A DNA stretch of 63,297 bases, counting the filler, from Chiloscyllium plagiosum (Eukaryota): the NCBI RefSeq assembly GCF_004010195.1. It is 4 parts of one record of this genome, joined end to end, with 100 filler letters (N's around TTAATTAATTAA, not from the genome) between each part and the next. Parts side by side here need not be neighbours in the genome. Positions count along the whole stretch, not along the records: positions 59,494 to 63,297 come from NC_057715.1; 3 more parts are not named here. One strand, 5' to 3'. Positions 59,494 through 63,297 of this stretch are shown in pieces. Position 1 is the stretch's first letter. The number at the start of each line of letters is the position of its first letter. The position numbers and the translations under genes are program-made. The notes beneath the pieces were generated by a model that worked only from the letters and a program-made list of their open reading frames with translations, searched no databases and was not told the DNA's origin.

Positions 59494-60390
59494 TCTTGAA
59501 TGGTCTTCTGCACCATGGTGCCTTGGTCAGTTGGCTCATCCTGTCCAGAGCCTTTTTCCTCATCCGAACAGGGAGCAAGAATCTCGTAGCTGTTGGACAA
59601 GGTCAAGGGCTGAGGGTCCTCCACTCCTGAACTCAGAATCCCCCTACCTGCCTCACTTGCAATCACACAGTGTTGTCCCTGATCACTAACTGAATGTGAA
59701 TTACTTAATCTCCCAGGTGTGACTGCCTCCTGAAACAAAGCGTCCAGGTAACTCTCCCCCTCCCGGATGTGCCGCAGTGTTTGAAGCTCAGATTCCAGAT
59801 CATCAACTCTGATCCGGAGTTCTTCCAGCAACCAACACTTGCTGCAGATGTTGTCACTGCCATTCACAATGGGATCAGCCAGCTCCCACATCATTAAGCT
59901 ATAGCACACCACCTGCCCAGCCATTTCTGCTTAGTTAATTACTTTATTACTTTGTACAGGTTTGAGTTAAAATACTTTCTGATACCTCTCTGCTGTAGTC
60001 TTTTTCTAAAAACCAATTAATAGGTAAACAAAAAAAGTAATTTTTTTAACCAGTCACTGATAAAGAAATAGAAAATCCTTACCCTAAAAAAACCCAGAGT
60101 ACTTAGTAAGAGGTTAGAGGAGGAGGGTGGGTGGGAGACACTACAGTTGTAGAGTCTCGGGTTTAGCCGCCTTCCTGATTTATATACTCACTGCTTTCCT
60201 TCCCGGGTGCTCCTCTGGTCGTTGTCACTTCTCCCTGCTGCTCCCGCTCTTTCTATGTGAAGAAGTAAAAAAACACCGCTGCCCGCTATCGGTAAGTAAT
60301 TTTAAAACAAACTGTCTTACCTTAGCTGTAGCCTTCCGGGTTCGTTTAAACTCAGCTGCTGCTCGCACTCAAAATGACCGTTGGCGTTGA
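59494..60390 (-). mobile_element. CR1 LINE 5' UTR and ORF1 N-terminus
   Basis: MAGQVVCYSLMMWE...ICSKCWLLEELRIRVDDLESELQTLR; the 5' UTR shares aaatgaccgttggcgt with 47847. Confidence 0.85.
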
Positions 60391-60399
60391 AGGGTGAGT

Positions 60400-60645
60400 A
60401 TTTATAAAGGAACTTAAGGGGCAACGTTTTCATGCAAAAGGTGGTGCGTGTATGGAAAGAGCTGCCAGAGGAAATGGTAGAGGCTGGTACAATTGCAGCA
60501 TTTGATTGGATATATAAGTAGCAAGGGTTTAGAGGGATATGGGACAAATGCTCGCAAATGGGACTAGATTAGTTTAGGATATCTGGTCGGCATGGATGAG
60601 TTGGACTGAAGGGTTTGTTTCCATGCTGTACATTCTCTATGACTA
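60400..60645 (+). mobile_element. CR1/HER1 LINE 3' end
   Basis: Shared 3' UTR with 6770-7068. Confidence 0.85.
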
Positions 60646-60649
60646 ACTA

Positions 60650-61000
60650 AGTGAGCTCGCTGAACTTGAACATTTATTTTGAGACATTTTGTCACCATAC
60701 TAGGTAACATCATCAGTAAGAGTCTCAGGTGAAGTCCTGGTGGTATATCCCGCCTATCTATTTACAGGTCTTGGTTCCTTAAGGTGGGTGATATCATCCT
60801 CAAGGGAAGATAGGTAGGATCTAAATCGATGTGTTTTTCAATGGAGTTCTGGTTAGAATGCCATGCCTCTAAGAAATCTCATGCGTGTGTTTGTTTCGCC
60901 TGTCCTAGGATGTGTGTGTTGTCCTAGTCAAAATGGTATGATTTGTCTGTATGTATAGAAACTAGTGATAGAGAGTTGTGTCTTTTGGTGGCCAGTTATA
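60650..61000 (-). mobile_element. Second PLE family (Penelope/Poseidon-type) 3' end with a different hammerhead motif
   Basis: ATKRHNSLSLVSIHTD..YHFD*DNTHILGQAKQTHA*DFLEAWHSNQNSIEKHIDLDP is GIY-YIG C-terminal sequence; CTGATGA-TGTTACC-TAGTAT-GGTGAC-AAAATGTC at 60683-60716. Confidence 0.75.
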
Positions 61001-61329
61001 ACCTTCCCAAAAAGACATCTGTCCTGGTCCTGTCCAGATACAACCTGTGTTTGTACTTTTCCCACTTTCTCCAGAACCAGTCTCTATCACATGAATCTGA
61101 ATCCCTCCTAGATCATTTCTCCATCTATATAGTCATTTGGTATAAATCCTGTTACTCCCAAGCTCGTTAGCATGCAGTGCTGGTAGTAATCCTGGGAAAG
61201 CTGCATTTTAATTCACATCCCAACTCACTATGTTCACCTTTAAGATCTCATCCCTGTTTTTACCTTCACCACCAGTGTTAGCCCTCCCCCTTCAGAATGT
61301 GCTGCAGCCTCCTTAAGACAGCCTTGACT

Positions 61330-61800
61330 ATACCATCCTGGAATCTCTTTTGCAGCCACAGAAACATCAGTCTGTTCTCCTGCCTATTCAATTCCCACTC
61401 ACCATAGCCCTACTTACCTCTCCCACTCCCCACCTTGTGCACTAGAGTCACCTATGATGCTTTGGCCTAGACTCCTGCTGCTCTCCCCCAAGATGCCATC
61501 TCCCCAGAAGAGAAGGGAGAATGGCCACCAGGGTCTCTAACACTACCAGCCTTCCTCTGCCTGGGGCTTTCTTTACCTGTAGTGTGACCACCACACCAAA
61601 TATATTGTCCTTGATAATCTCAGCGTTATGGATTCTCCACAATGAATTCACCTCTAGCTCTAGCTCTGAAATGTGGTTTGCCAGTATTTGCAGTTGCACA
61701 CCCTTCATACATATGCAGTTACCAATGACACTGAGCATGTCTATGACTTTCTACATAGCATAGGAAAAACATATCATGGGTGTCAGCTCTCTGCCATGAC
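61330..61800 (-). mobile_element. Decayed CR1 ORF1 fragment
   Basis: CICMKGVQLQILANHISELELEVNSLWRI. Confidence 0.65.
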
Positions 61801-61914
61801 TTCCCTTTAGATTAGGACCATAAGAAATAGAAACAGGAGTAGGCCATTCATTCCCTCAGCCCTGCTCTGCCATTCAATAGGATCACAATTGTTTTGACAT
61901 TCTTCATGTCCACT

Positions 61915-62730
61915 TTCTGAAGAAAGGTCACAGGACCTGAAGCATAAATTATGCTTTCTATCCACAGGTGATCCCAGACCTGAGTTTTTCCAGCAATTTC
62001 TATTTTTGTTTTTGATTTCCAGCATTTATAGCTCTCATTTTTTTTTCAGCTACAAAGTACCTAAGAGGAAAATGAAGTGAGGTTCTTCCAGTTTGCATTG
62101 AGCTTTTCTGGGACAGAGCATCAGGCCCAGCACAGAAATGTTGGCATGGGAGCAAGATGGAGCATTGAAATGAAAGGTGACTGGAAGGTCATGATTTTTC
62201 TTACAGGTAGTGGGGTGTTGTTCCACAAAACAGCCACTCAGTGTGTGTTTGGTCTTGTTATTATAAAGGAAACCACATTGTTAGAAGTGAGTGCAGTCAA
62301 TCAGTTTGAACAAAGTCCAAGTAAAACGTTGCTTCGCCCGGAAGGTTTGTATGGGGCTTTGGACAATGCAGAAGGAGGACGTGAACAGCAAGTCCTCAGC
62401 ACTACTACAGTTTCATGGGAAGGTGCCATGGGCAAATGAGGAAGTTATTCAGAATGATGGAGGAGTGCACCAGGGTGTTGCAGAGGGAACAATTCTGGCA
62501 GAATGCTGACAGTGGAAGGTGATATCATCACAATCAATGAGATGGAGAATTGAATGGGATCCGTGACAATGAACTCTTCTTCTGTCGCTTTTGTCTCCAT
62601 GATTGGTTATTTGGACATCACTGAATATCACTGCTATACAGACCCTTTTACCCATCTCAAATATTCCTCCATCAACCCCCACCTTTTCATTCAGATCTGC
62701 CAATGTGACATCAGCCATCTCAATGGACGA
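61915..62730. mobile_element. Old PLE remnants (terminal repeat on plus, GIY-YIG remnant on minus)
   Basis: Decayed ctgaagaaaggtc...gacctgaa core; the minus strand resembles C..CG.LY...TK..L...F.E. Confidence 0.5.
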
Positions 62731-62854
62731 AAGAGTGGCAGATGGAATTTAATTTTGAATAAAGGTGAGATATTGCATTTTGTTAAAACAAACAAGGGCT
62801 GAACTTGTGCAATAAATGTAGGGCCTTGGAAGTGTTATAGAACATCGAACAATA

Positions 62855-63297
62855 CAGTGCAGAACAGTTGCACAGTTTTGTACAGTTTTGTACAGTTGCA
62901 GCATGACATCATGACTCCAGAACTCAATCCCTCTACCAATAAAACCTAACACACTGTATGCCTTCTTAACAGTACTATCAACCTGGGTGGCAATTTTCAG
63001 GGATCTATGTACACGGACACCAAGATCCCTCTGCACATCCACACTACCAAGAATGTTTCCATTTACCCAGTATTCTGCCTTCCTGTTATTCTTCCCAAAG
63101 TGAATCACCTCACATTTATCTGCATTGAACTCAATTTGCCACCTCTCAGCCCAATTCTGCAGTTTATCAAAGTTCCCCTGCAACCTGCAACGTTCTTCCA
63201 CACTGTCCACCACTCCACCGACTTTAGTGTCATCTGCAAACTTACTAACCCATCCACCTATGCCTGCATCCAAGTCATTTATAAAAATGACAAACAG
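62855..63297 (-). mobile_element. CR1 RT fragment
   Basis: ORF 62749..63273: SKFADDTKVGG...WQIEFNADKCEVIHFG...QRDLGV. Confidence 0.92.

Overview
Repeat-dense vertebrate genomic DNA, almost certainly from a shark: it carries the HE1-type tRNA-derived SINE, CR1/HER1 LINEs and a Deu-domain SINE. It is a draft assembly with many N gaps, three exactly 500-N joins and three artificial 44N-TTAATTAATTAA-44N linkers, so the window is several contigs. The only host gene I can identify is a PDE2 (PDE2A-like cGMP-stimulated phosphodiesterase) on the minus strand. Four small catalytic-domain exons (10504-10626, 8264-8351, 6058-6105, 1250-1324) have canonical splice sites and join in frame; the ORF track almost entirely misses them. 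They look more diverged from PDE2A than I would expect for a shark orthologue. The rest is mostly mobile DNA: two near-complete CR1 LINEs, a Rex1/Babar LINE, Tigger and Gypsy remnants, SINEs, and about a dozen Penelope-like (PLE) termini carrying minimal hammerhead-ribozyme motifs, often as tiny inverted units. There are several satellites; two visibly derive from transposon sequence. One is a 6.4-kb array built from the 42-bp reverse-transcriptase motif of the adjacent Rex1/Babar LINE, the other a 33-bp array resembling part of a Deu-SINE. Family assignments and comparisons with human PDE2A come from recalled motifs, not database searches, and repeat boundaries are approximate.
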